This document shows, in pieces, positions 10,140-18,920 of a DNA stretch of 64,000 nt. Every line of letters begins with the position of its first letter. Positions within the stretch are counted from its first letter, which is position 1. A model generated the notes under the pieces. It was not told the DNA's origin. It worked only from the letters and a program-made list of their open reading frames with translations, and searched no databases. The position numbers and the translations under genes were made by a program. Source of the DNA: Fidelibacterota bacterium (GTDB lineage: Bacteria > Fidelibacterota > Marinisomatia > Marinisomatales > UBA2128); NCBI GenBank assembly GCA_046861645.1, contig JBHHUM010000002.1, forward strand, positions 512-64,511, written 5' to 3'.

Positions 10140-10147
10140 TCTAACTT

Positions 10148-11149
10148 TTAACGTAACTGTTCAATCAAACGATCCAGGATATCATCTGTGCGGATGCCAT
10201 CTGCTTCGGCGTTGAAGTTGGTGATAACTCTGTGGCGCAGGACAGGTTTAACCATGCGGGTAACATCAGCAATAACAGGTGAAGGGCGACCTTCCAGGGC
10301 AGCTTTGGCCTTGGCCCCCAGAATAAGATATTGTGAGGCTCGAGGTCCGGCACCCCATTCCACCCAATCATTGATAAAATCGAGACCACGGTCCGAGGGG
10401 CGGGTTTGAGCTACCAGGTTTACTGCGAATTCAACGACATTGTCAGCTACAGGCACGCGGCGGACCAGGTTCTGGTAGGATAGGATCTGTTGCCTCGTAA
10501 TGATCTCCTGGGGTACATCTTCTTTGACACTGGTTGTGGATTTGACAATCTCCACCTCCTCTGCAAAAGAGGGGTAGGTGATGTTCACGGAAAACATGAA
10601 ACGATCCAACTGTGCTTCCGGCAGAGGGTATGTGCCTTCCTGTTCGATAGGATTCTGAGTAGCGAGAACCAGAAATGGTGCTTCCAATTCGTAAGAAGTA
10701 CCAGCGGCTGTGACTTTTTGCTCCTGCATGGCTTCCAGGAGGGCAGCCTGGGTTTTAGGGGGTGTCCGGTTGATTTCATCCGCGAGAATAATGTTGCCAA
10801 ATACAGGTCCTTTGACAAACTTGAATACCCGCTTACCGGTGGCGTGATCTTCCTCGATAATTTCGGTTCCGGTGATATCACTGGGCATCAGATCTGGTGT
10901 AAACTGGATGCGGCTGAAATGGAGATCAAGAATCTGAGCAACCGATTTAATAAGAAGAGTTTTTGCCAACCCGGGAACACCAATAACCAAGGCGTGTCCA
11001 CGACAAAGTAGCGTGATCAGAATATGATCGATAATATCCTGTTGTCCCACGATGACTTTAGACAGCTCGGTATAAATTAAATCCCGTGAGTGGTGTAGCT
11101 GTTCTACCAGTTGTAAGTCTTGTCGCTCAGTCATAATGTCCTCATTCAA
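10148..11149 (-). CDS. MoxR-family AAA+ ATPase
   Basis: Walker A GVPGLAKT, Walker B ILADEINR, and the QNPIEQEGTYPLPEAQLDRF motif. Confidence 0.9.
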   Translation of the reverse strand: MNEDIMTERQDLQLVEQLHHSRDLIYTELSKVIVGQQDIIDHILITLLCRGHALVIGVPGLAKTLLIKSVAQILDLHFSRIQFTPDLMPSDITGTEIIEEDHATGKRVFKFVKGPVFGNIILADEINRTPPKTQAALLEAMQEQKVTAAGTSYELEAPFLVLATQNPIEQEGTYPLPEAQLDRFMFSVNITYPSFAEEVEIVKSTTSVKEDVPQEIITRQQILSYQNLVRRVPVADNVVEFAVNLVAQTRPSDRGLDFINDWVEWGAGPRASQYLILGAKAKAALEGRPSPVIADVTRMVKPVLRHRVITNFNAEADGIRTDDILDRLIEQLR

Positions 11150-11261
11150 AACGATGCTCCTTTAAAAGTTCCATCAACGGCGGGGAACTTACCATCTGCT
11201 CGCCCGCAAATCAACCGAATTGTCTTGAAATGAGTGTGTTGGGAAGGTAATTTGAGTCGTT

Positions 11262-12101
11262 ATGCCAGAGGTGGTGAAGACGAACCCGGATATTTCCAGG
11301 ATGGTGGAGGACATCCATCGGCGGTTGTCCTTGATTCCCCGTACGGCAGTGGTACTCGGTTCCGGTTTGGGATCCTTTGCCAACACAGTGCAGGATGCGG
11401 TACATATTCCTTATGATCAAATCCCTGGATATCCTGTAAGCGGGGTGGAGGGACACGCGGGGGAGTTGGTCGTTGGGATAATCGCCAGTGAACCAGTCCT
11501 TCTGGCCAGTGGACGATTCCATCTGTATGAAGGATATGATATAGAAACGGTTACACTTCCCGTCCGGATCTTCCATAGCCTCGGCATTAAAAATCTGATT
11601 ATTACCAATGCTGCTGGGGCTACTCATCGTGACTTTCTTCCCGGAACCTTGATGGCTGTAGTGGGTCACCTGGATTGTACCTTTCGCCACAGTGCTGCTA
11701 TGCCAACAATTGAACGAGGGGTACAATATCATTCCCCGGAGTTATTGGATTTGGTGCTGGGAGTCGCCCGAAACGAAAAAATTACCCTTGAACAGGGAAT
11801 CTATGCCTGGACCCTGGGCCCATCCTATGAAACGCCAGCAGAAGTACGGATGATTCAACAATTAGGTGGTGATGCTGTGGGGATGTCAACTGTTCCAGAA
11901 GTACAGCTTGCTGGGGAATTAGGTTTGAAAGTGCTCACAATTTCCTGCCTGACAAATTATGCTGCGGGGATTACAGCTCAACCCCTGTCACATGATGAAG
12001 TCATAGCAACTGCCAGCCGAATTAGTGATGATTTCGGCCGGTTGGTATACGGAATAATCGAGGGGATCAGCAGAAGGAGAGTAGCTGGAAACAATGAATA
12101 A
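11262..12101 (+). CDS. purine nucleoside phosphorylase (PunA-type)
   Basis: VLGSGLG...GHAGELV...GRFHLYEGY...NAAG...GMSTVPE are typical PNP family motifs. Confidence 0.85.
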   Translation: MPEVVKTNPDISRMVEDIHRRLSLIPRTAVVLGSGLGSFANTVQDAVHIPYDQIPGYPVSGVEGHAGELVVGIIASEPVLLASGRFHLYEGYDIETVTLPVRIFHSLGIKNLIITNAAGATHRDFLPGTLMAVVGHLDCTFRHSAAMPTIERGVQYHSPELLDLVLGVARNEKITLEQGIYAWTLGPSYETPAEVRMIQQLGGDAVGMSTVPEVQLAGELGLKVLTISCLTNYAAGITAQPLSHDEVIATASRISDDFGRLVYGIIEGISRRRVAGNNE

Positions 12102-13272
12102 ACTGCAAATCCATGAGGAAGTAAAAGCCATCGAGAAGGATATCATTGCCACTCGCCGGCTACTTCATCAACAACCGGAATTAGGTTTTCTGGAACGAGA
12201 GACAGCGGGATTGATTACCAGAAGACTGGAAGATTTGGGCTTGGAGGTTACAACTGGTTTGGGAAAAACAGGAGTATCTGGTTTACTGCTTGGGGGTAGT
12301 GATGGGCCGTGCATTGCTCTTCGGGCAGATATGGATGGTCTCCCCATCCAGGAGACCGGTGATCTATCCTTTCGGTCGCAAAATGATGGGGTTATGCACG
12401 CCTGTGGACATGATGGTCATATGGCTATGCTCCTAGGGGCAGCCCAGGTTTTATCTTCCCGTCGGGAGCAATTGCAGGGATCGGTGAAGTTCATATTTCA
12501 ACCGGCGGAAGAAGGAGGTGCTGGCGCCCGCTTCATGATTGAAGAGGGCGTTTTAGAGCACCCCCGGGTAGATGAGATCTACGGTATTCATCTTTGGAAT
12601 TATCAGCCCTATGGCACGGTAGGAGTGAAGGAAGGAGCTATCCTCGCGGCAGCAGATGAATTTACGATCTTGGTAAAAGGCAGAGGTGGTCATGGTGCTT
12701 TACCCCATACAGCGGTGGATGCCGTCGTAGTAGCTGCTCAGCTCGTGACTGCCTTGCAGACTATTCCCAGTCGTAATATCAACCCGTTGGAATCGTCTGT
12801 GGTGACGGTAGGGAAGATTACCGGTGGAGACAACTTTAATATTATTGCTGATAAAGTCGCTCTTTATGGTACGGTGCGATCCTATAAGGAAGAAAACCGG
12901 CAGACCATCATGCGCCGGATGAAGGAGATCACAAATGGTATCGCCGCTACATTTGGAGCAGAGATAGAACTCGTTTACAAAGAAGGTTATCCCTTAACTG
13001 TGAATCATGCCGATTCAGTAGCGAAGGTCCAGGCTGTGGCAAGAAAAATCGTAGGTGACGGAGTACAATTTCCCTACCTGTCTATGGGGGGTGAGGATTT
13101 CAGTTTCTATCTGCAGGAAATACCTGGTTGCTTTTTCTTTGTAGGGTCAGCGCCTCCGAACCGGGAACCGCTCACAGTTCCCCATCACTGCTCGTATTTT
13201 GATATTGACGAGCGGGCTCTTTTGGTGGGGTGTTCTATCTGGGTGGAACTGGTGACGGGATTATTGAAGTAG
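12094..13272 (+). CDS. M20-family amidohydrolase (N-acyl-amino-acid / hippurate hydrolase-like)
   Basis: HACGHDGH metal site, FQPAEEGGAGA, GGEDFS. 8-nt overlap with the PNP gene. Confidence 0.85.
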   Translation: MNKLQIHEEVKAIEKDIIATRRLLHQQPELGFLERETAGLITRRLEDLGLEVTTGLGKTGVSGLLLGGSDGPCIALRADMDGLPIQETGDLSFRSQNDGVMHACGHDGHMAMLLGAAQVLSSRREQLQGSVKFIFQPAEEGGAGARFMIEEGVLEHPRVDEIYGIHLWNYQPYGTVGVKEGAILAAADEFTILVKGRGGHGALPHTAVDAVVVAAQLVTALQTIPSRNINPLESSVVTVGKITGGDNFNIIADKVALYGTVRSYKEENRQTIMRRMKEITNGIAATFGAEIELVYKEGYPLTVNHADSVAKVQAVARKIVGDGVQFPYLSMGGEDFSFYLQEIPGCFFFVGSAPPNREPLTVPHHCSYFDIDERALLVGCSIWVELVTGLLK

Positions 13273-13309
13273 TGTTACAGTAACCACCCAATTTCCGCAG
13301 GTCGGATAT

Positions 13310-13561
13310 TTATTTATATACGCTTTTTCTAGGTTCTATTCTCAGTACCAATACCTCGTCTTCCAGAATAGTGAAAACGATTCGATAGTTTCCGATACGC
13401 ATCTGTCGCAGTCCCCTGAATTGACCTTTCGGTGACGGGAAGTGGTAAGGATCTTAGCTGAGGTCCTTTTCTACTTCTTCAAGAAGGTAACCTCTTTTCT
13501 GATTATCAATTTTTCTGAGGTCTTTAGCCACTGATTTCTTGTAGGTGATTCTATATGCCCA
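13310..13561 (-). pseudogene. RelE/ParE-family toxin remnant (nonsense codon plus lost start)
   Basis: Not in the ORF track. The minus-strand frame gives WAYRITYKKSVAKDLRKIDNQKRGYLLEEVEKDLS*DPYHFPSPKGQFRGLRQMRIGNYRIVFTILEDEVLVLRIEPRKSVYK*. In-frame TAA at 13454..13456. TGG sits where ATG is expected (13559..13561), preceded by an in-frame TGA. Confidence 0.75.
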
Positions 13562-13757
13562 ATTCTTTTCTCATTTCGTCCCCGGAAATGATGGGATCTG
13601 TAGGATTGCGGAGACGATCCAGAGCAATCTGTACATCAGTATATTCTCTTAGATAAGCTTCAATGGCTTTCAGTGTATGGAAAGAGCGGCTTCTCTCAGT
13701 CTCTACCGATATTTCGTCCAGTTCTTTGGTTATCTCATCGGGTAATCGAAATGTAAT
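13551..13757 (-). CDS. ribbon-helix-helix antitoxin (CopG/RelB-like); no canonical start codon
   Basis: Not in the ORF track. Translation: ITFRLPDEITKELDEISVETERSRSFHTLKAIEAYLREYTDVQIALDRLRNPTDPIISGDEMRKELGI*. There is no ATG/GTG/TTG between the upstream in-frame TAA and this sequence. An ATT at 13757 lies 7 nt after AGGAG. The ORF overlaps the toxin remnant. Confidence 0.55.
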   Translation of the reverse strand: MTFRLPDEITKELDEISVETERSRSFHTLKAIEAYLREYTDVQIALDRLRNPTDPIISGDEMRKELGI

Positions 13758-13790
13758 GGTTGTGCTCCTATGTTTACTCTGTGTTTATTT

Positions 13791-13807
13791 GTCTTACAAT
13801 GTAAGAC
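13791..13807. promoter_or_regulatory. palindrome GTCTTACA-A-TGTAAGAC, candidate RHH operator
   Basis: Perfect 8-bp arms, 34-50 nt upstream of the RHH ORF. Confidence 0.4.
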
Positions 13808-13887
13808 GCTCTTGGAAAAATCAATTCTATTCTGTCCTGAAGTGATAATCTTCTAGGTGAAACTGGTCAAGGAATTACTATAATAAC

Positions 13888-14412
13888 CTATGGTTTATCC
13901 AATTTGGTTTTAGCAAAAAGATACATATCTAATATTTTACCGTCTTTAAAGGCATGTGCTTTCATTACGGCTTCACAAGTGAAACCTGCTTTCTCCAAGA
14001 TACGTGCAGATGCAGCATTGTTTGTATAAGGCTCAGCAAAGATGCGGTTAAGTTGGTAATGTTTAAAAGCAAATTCCGTGAAACTGACTATTGCTGCAGT
14101 CATAATGCCCTGGTTCCAGAAAGGTTCGGCAAGCCAGTAACCCATTTCGGCGGTGAAGCGATGGATATCGCTACCCAGCACCAGGCCAATACATCCAATG
14201 GACTCTTTTTCTGTAGCGATGGCGAAGACGGTTGTGGGGTCTTGTTGTTTTACCGTGGACAGGAAGCGTCTGGCATCAACACTGGTGTAAGGATAAGGGA
14301 AAGCATCTCTCACGTTCAGCCAGATCTTGCGGTTGTTAGCATATTTGGTAAGAGACGGAATATCCTCGTCCTGCCAATCTCGAATCATGTAGTTCCCCAA
14401 TTTAAGTTTCAT
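13888..14412 (-). CDS. GNAT N-acetyltransferase (RimJ/RimL-like)
   Basis: 174 aa. WLAEPFWNQGIMTAAI...NAASARILEKAGF is the acetyl-CoA-binding core. Confidence 0.85.
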   Translation of the reverse strand: MKLKLGNYMIRDWQDEDIPSLTKYANNRKIWLNVRDAFPYPYTSVDARRFLSTVKQQDPTTVFAIATEKESIGCIGLVLGSDIHRFTAEMGYWLAEPFWNQGIMTAAIVSFTEFAFKHYQLNRIFAEPYTNNAASARILEKAGFTCEAVMKAHAFKDGKILDMYLFAKTKLDKP

Positions 14413-14702
14413 TGTCTTACCTCTGATAGTTAAGATTAATTTTACTTATGAGATTAATACTTACCACAGTTACAGGGAAGAAATAACATGGTTGTTTACA
14501 CTGATTGCCACGAGCCTACAATCACTTTAGGTTAGATTTAAAGGGAGAATGGATTTACAACGTTCGTTGGTGTCTTGGTGAAATATTATGCTTAAATACT
14601 GCATACTGATCTTTTCCCTTATAAGAGAACGTTGTAGTTTTGTTTATCTATCTTGCTTTTAGAGAATTTTAATATCGCTCATGAATCAATCCAGTGGAAA
14701 GC

Positions 14703-15509
14703 TTAAACCTTCTTAACGGTGAATTCCTCATAGTTGTCTATTATACCAAAACCAAGTTGGGTGTAACACTTCAAGGCGGTAGCATTATCCACACTGACAT
14801 TGAGGCCGATGTGGTCGACGACCTTGAGCAGATTGGAGCAAAGGGCGGCAATGACCTGCTTCGCGTATCCTCTATTGCGATAGTCGGGATGAGTAGCAAT
14901 ATTACCCAGGGCGGCCACTTTGTAGAGAGGTGAGTAAACGTGGATTCCCCCAGCGCATACCATCTCTCCACTTTGATAAAGGGCATGGTAATGACCGGTC
15001 TCCAGCATTCGCGGGTTGAACCAGCTGCTGGGGTAACTGCGGTTGTAAAACTTCTTTAAGTCTTCCAGATCGTTAGTCGTCAGGCGTTGAACATCAGTTG
15101 TGTTTGCTTTTCTCAAAGCCCATCGATCTTTCAGTATCATCTTGTAGTGGATACTATGAAAAGTCAGTTGATACATATTTGCCAATGATGTCTGGAGTCC
15201 TTCGCTCAAGTGAGCGTAGAAATGGTGAGGCAGTTGGTCTCTTATGGATAGAACCAGTTTTTTCAGGGGTTGAAGTTTTTCTTTTTTAGCGAGTGCCACT
15301 ACGACAGGAGGCTCTACTTCGGTATACAGCAAAACAACAGCTATGATTTCGCCATTCTGCTGCAATCCGTACCACTGGGTATATGGCCAGAAGAAGTCGT
15401 CAAGATCTCCTAACTGATATATGTTTAACGGTATATCCTTTCTGAGAAACACTGCGATCTTCCTTTTATCGGTCAATGGCAAGATTTCATTTATTTTTCT
15501 TTTAACCAT
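14703..15509 (-). CDS. GNAT-domain acetyltransferase with an extra N-terminal domain
   Basis: C-terminal half ALGNIATHPDYRNRGYAKQVIAAL...ALKCYTQLGF. Shares 1 nt (TGATG) with the upstream dehydratase gene. Confidence 0.75.
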   Translation of the reverse strand: MVKRKINEILPLTDKRKIAVFLRKDIPLNIYQLGDLDDFFWPYTQWYGLQQNGEIIAVVLLYTEVEPPVVVALAKKEKLQPLKKLVLSIRDQLPHHFYAHLSEGLQTSLANMYQLTFHSIHYKMILKDRWALRKANTTDVQRLTTNDLEDLKKFYNRSYPSSWFNPRMLETGHYHALYQSGEMVCAGGIHVYSPLYKVAALGNIATHPDYRNRGYAKQVIAALCSNLLKVVDHIGLNVSVDNATALKCYTQLGFGIIDNYEEFTVKKV

Positions 15510-16435
15510 CAGATTTGATCCACATTGCCTCCAGATAGAATAATCCCCACCTTCTTCCCATCCGTGGAGAGTTTGTTATTCAGTACTGCTGCGATAGGCA
15601 CTGCCGCCGATGGTTCAATAATCATACCAGTTTGTTTCCGAACGAACCTCATGGCGTTGGTGATGGCCTTATCAGAAACGGTGACAATATCGTCCACATA
15701 TCGCTGGATTACCGTAAAAGTGAGTGTGCCCAGTGAAGTGAGCAGCCCGTCACAGATGGTCTGGGGATTAATCGAAGGGACGATTTTTCCCTTCCGGAGC
15801 GAGCGGAAGGCGTCATCCGCCCCCGCAGGTTCGGTGCCAATGACATTCATTCTGGAATTGGTCTCTTTGGCAGCGATGGCGGTTCCGCTGAGTAATCCCC
15901 CACCGCCCACGGGAGTAAGTAGGATATCCAGATTTGGAATTTGTTCGAGGAATTCCAGGGTAGCTGTCCCCTGACCGGCGATAATCAACGGATCATTGTA
16001 GGGGTGAATCTCCACAGCACCAGTTTCGCTAATTACCTGCTGTAATGTTTCTTCCCGGGCGATCAGAGTTGACTCGCAGAAAGTAATAGTTGGTGAATAA
16101 CGTTGTACATTTTCTTTCTTAACTGAGGTAGTGGTCTTGGGCATCACGATGTGAGCGGTAACGCCCGCCAGCTGAGCAGCACATGCCAGGGCGGCAGCAT
16201 GGTTTCCGGAAGAATGTGTTGCTACTCCGCGGCGTCTTTCCTCTTCAGGGAGAGAAAAGATGGCATTACAGGCACCCCGGAACTTAAAGGCTCCTGTATG
16301 CTGTCGGTTTTCGCACTTTAACCACAATTGTCTTCCATCTGCCAACTGGATGGTCCGCACGGGTGTCCGTTCTACATATGGGGTTATGCGGACTTCCGCC
16401 TCTCGAAGTTCAAAAAGTGTGGGAATTTCTGTCAT
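15509..16435 (-). CDS. PLP-dependent threonine/serine dehydratase-family enzyme (possibly racemase-like)
   Basis: KCENRQHTGAFKFRGA (PLP lysine), SSGNHA, GGGGL loop. 308 aa with no ACT regulatory domain. Confidence 0.85.
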   Translation of the reverse strand: MTEIPTLFELREAEVRITPYVERTPVRTIQLADGRQLWLKCENRQHTGAFKFRGACNAIFSLPEEERRRGVATHSSGNHAAALACAAQLAGVTAHIVMPKTTTSVKKENVQRYSPTITFCESTLIAREETLQQVISETGAVEIHPYNDPLIIAGQGTATLEFLEQIPNLDILLTPVGGGGLLSGTAIAAKETNSRMNVIGTEPAGADDAFRSLRKGKIVPSINPQTICDGLLTSLGTLTFTVIQRYVDDIVTVSDKAITNAMRFVRKQTGMIIEPSAAVPIAAVLNNKLSTDGKKVGIILSGGNVDQI

Positions 16436-16513
16436 TCTACTATCGGATGTACTCCTGATATAGTTAAATTGTAGCTTACCTTACTTAGGTTTACAACCAT
16501 TTATGAAGAAGCT

Positions 16514-16933
16514 ATGAAAGCATATCATAAAGAACTTTGGATGGAAGTTCCTACCCGCATGGATTTCATTAATATTACTTCTCAGGTTGAGGAAACTGTT
16601 CGGGAGAGTGGAGTAAATCACGGACTATGTTTGATAAATGCCATGCATATCACCTCAGCGGTATTTATCAATGACGATGAGCCAGGGCTACACCGGGATT
16701 ACAAACGTTGGTTGGAAGAGCTGGCACCTCATGAGCCTCTATCACGTTATGATCACAATCGTACGGGTGAAGATAACGGTGATGCCCACCATAAGCGACA
16801 GGTGATGGGTCGGGAGGTGGTGGTTGCCATCACTGACGGGCAACTGCACTTTGGACCGTGGGAGCAGATTTTTTATGGTGAGTTTGATGGACGCCGGCGA
16901 AAGCGAGTCTTGGTGAAGATAATTGGAGAATAA
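16514..16933 (+). CDS. YjbQ/UPF0047 family protein (secondary thiamine-phosphate synthase family)
   Basis: 139 aa. [15 protein letters not shown]...NGDAHHK...[13 protein letters not shown] is typical of the family. Confidence 0.8.
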   Translation: MKAYHKELWMEVPTRMDFINITSQVEETVRESGVNHGLCLINAMHITSAVFINDDEPGLHRDYKRWLEELAPHEPLSRYDHNRTGEDNGDAHHKRQVMGREVVVAITDGQLHFGPWEQIFYGEFDGRRRKRVLVKIIGE

Positions 16934-16956
16934 AACTCTTTTATCAAGGAAGAGGT

Positions 16957-17727
16957 ATGATTGAAGTCAGTAATCTGACGAAAAGATTCCGTCTGACCAA
17001 ACGCTCTCGGCGTGAGATGGGGGAAGAGTTTGCAAATGCAGCCTCCATCACCGCCGTGGATGGGATCTCCTTTAGTTGTACCCCGGGAAGAGTCTTTGGG
17101 TTGTTGGGACCCAATGGCGCCGGCAAAACTACCACCCTGCGGATGATTGCAACCATGCTGAAACCATCGGCAGGCACTATCGCTGTGGCTGGTTATGACT
17201 CAGTAAGGGAACCTCAACAAGTGAGAGAAAAAATTGGTTTTATGACTGGGCAGACGGCTCTCTACGACCGGTTGACTCCCAATGAGATGGTTCGCTACAT
17301 GGCTGACTTGCACGGTATGAGTCAGGACGGTTTTGAGTCCCGGAGGGATAAGCTGTTTGATCTGCTGGGTATGCATGAGTTTGCCGGACGGAGGATTGCC
17401 CGTCTCAGTTCAGGGATGAAACAGAAGACATCCATTGCCCGCACCATGATTCATGATCCTGAGGTGGTCGTATTTGATGAACCTACCGAAGGTCTGGATG
17501 TCATGACCTCCCGCGCCATAATCGAACTTATTCGGTCATGCCGGGAGAATGGGAAGACCATCATCTTTTCCACTCACCGCATGGGTGAAGTGAAGCTGCT
17601 ATGCGACGACGTAGCTATCATTCACAAGGGAAAGCTGCTCTACAATGGAACCCTGCCCGCATTCGAGGAGCAGATGCTGGAAGCTACTTTCGAGGATGAA
17701 TTCATCAGATTAGCCGGAGAAGCGTGA
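16957..17727 (+). CDS. natA: ABC transporter ATP-binding protein (NatA-like)
   Basis: Walker A GPNGAGKTT, signature LSSGMKQK, Walker B VVVFDEP. Confidence 0.8.
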   Translation: MIEVSNLTKRFRLTKRSRREMGEEFANAASITAVDGISFSCTPGRVFGLLGPNGAGKTTTLRMIATMLKPSAGTIAVAGYDSVREPQQVREKIGFMTGQTALYDRLTPNEMVRYMADLHGMSQDGFESRRDKLFDLLGMHEFAGRRIARLSSGMKQKTSIARTMIHDPEVVVFDEPTEGLDVMTSRAIIELIRSCRENGKTIIFSTHRMGEVKLLCDDVAIIHKGKLLYNGTLPAFEEQMLEATFEDEFIRLAGEA

Positions 17728-18920
17728 TGCGTCGGACAGTGACCATTTTCCTCAAGGAGCTGAAGGATATACTTAGAGATCGTCGTACTATCATAATGAT
17801 GATAATTATGCCCATGGTCATTACCCCCATGTTGATAGTTGGTATTTTGAAAGTACAACGGATGCAACAGGAAAAAGCCATGGCCAAAGAAATTCATATA
17901 GCTTTTTTGGGTGAGGAATATGCTCCTGAACTCTATCAAATGTTCAGGGAGGGTGATAAGATTATTCTTATTGATTATTTTCCTGTTGACAGCATCACCA
18001 CCAGTATTGCCGCTGAGGAAATTGATGGTGCAGTGGTGATTAAACCCGAGTTTCCTGATCAGATCCAGATGGATAAGCAGGGGAAGATTGAAGTGTTTTT
18101 CAAGTCATCGGATGCCTACGGTAGTGCCATTAAACGAATGACCGATCTGATCGAATCCTATGATAAGCAGATTGTTGAAGAAAGGATTGACCGGCTCAGT
18201 CTGGATAAGGATCTATTTGACGCCGTGGCTATTGTTGAACAGGATGTCTCTTCAGCACAGGAGCGAATAGGGAAAATCGCCGGGGGCTACCTCCCCTACA
18301 TGTTCATTATCTTCAGTTTCATGGGTACCATGTATCCAGGAATAGATCTTGGCGCGGGTGAAAAAGAACGCGGTACCCTGGAAACGATACTTTCCAGTCC
18401 GGCCAATCGGCTACAGATTGTACTGGGCAAACTCGGGGTTGTGTCCTTATCTGGAATTATTTCAGCCTTCATTGCCATCCTTGGTATTTATCTTGCTGTA
18501 CAACTGATTGAAGACATCCCAAAGGATATGTTACAGGTGATTCTGGATATGTTAGGGTTTAAAATCATCGTCACTATCCTGACCCTGGTAATACCTATTG
18601 CCATATTCTTTGCCGCCCTCATCTTGAGCATATCTATCTATGCCAAGTCCTTTAAAGAGGCACAGAGTATTATTGGACCTGCCAATATTATCATTGTAAT
18701 ACCGGTGATTATTGGCTTGTTACCGGGGATAGAATTGGATTATAAAACAGCATTAATACCTATATTAAATGTCTCTCTAGCCAGTAAGGATCTTTTAGCA
18801 GGGACATTAAATCCCTGGCATCTGGTGGAGGTCTATCTTTCCCTCTTCCTGTTAGGAGGGATTGGGGTCTGGGGCTGCGTCCGGTGGTTTAACCGGGAGG
18901 AGACTCTCTTCCGTACCTGA
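17724..18920 (+). CDS. natB: ABC-2 type permease (NatB-like)
   Basis: 4-nt overlap with natA. N-terminal TM, large loop, then 5 C-terminal TM helices. EKERGTLETILSSP motif. Confidence 0.75.
   Translation: MMRRTVTIFLKELKDILRDRRTIIMMIIMPMVITPMLIVGILKVQRMQQEKAMAKEIHIAFLGEEYAPELYQMFREGDKIILIDYFPVDSITTSIAAEEIDGAVVIKPEFPDQIQMDKQGKIEVFFKSSDAYGSAIKRMTDLIESYDKQIVEERIDRLSLDKDLFDAVAIVEQDVSSAQERIGKIAGGYLPYMFIIFSFMGTMYPGIDLGAGEKERGTLETILSSPANRLQIVLGKLGVVSLSGIISAFIAILGIYLAVQLIEDIPKDMLQVILDMLGFKIIVTILTLVIPIAIFFAALILSISIYAKSFKEAQSIIGPANIIIVIPVIIGLLPGIELDYKTALIPILNVSLASKDLLAGTLNPWHLVEVYLSLFLLGGIGVWGCVRWFNREETLFRT

Noticed and set aside
8721-11149. moxR + DUF58 considered as part of a novel or complete Bat/aerotolerance-type system.
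   Set aside because: Only the two well-known core genes are present. No vWA (BatA/B-like) genes follow, and the neighbouring TPR gene is convergent rather than in the operon. Only the inserted four-helix-bundle cassette is unusual.
13526-13534. B12-box-like AGCCACTGA string.
   Set aside because: It lies inside the toxin pseudogene, on the opposite strand from any transcript logic, with none of the surrounding cobalamin-riboswitch helices. It is coincidental.
13663-13845. 60-aa plus-strand ORF in the gap after the M20 hydrolase.
   Set aside because: It is antisense to the much more convincing RHH antitoxin frame and operator, and its sequence has no recognisable features.
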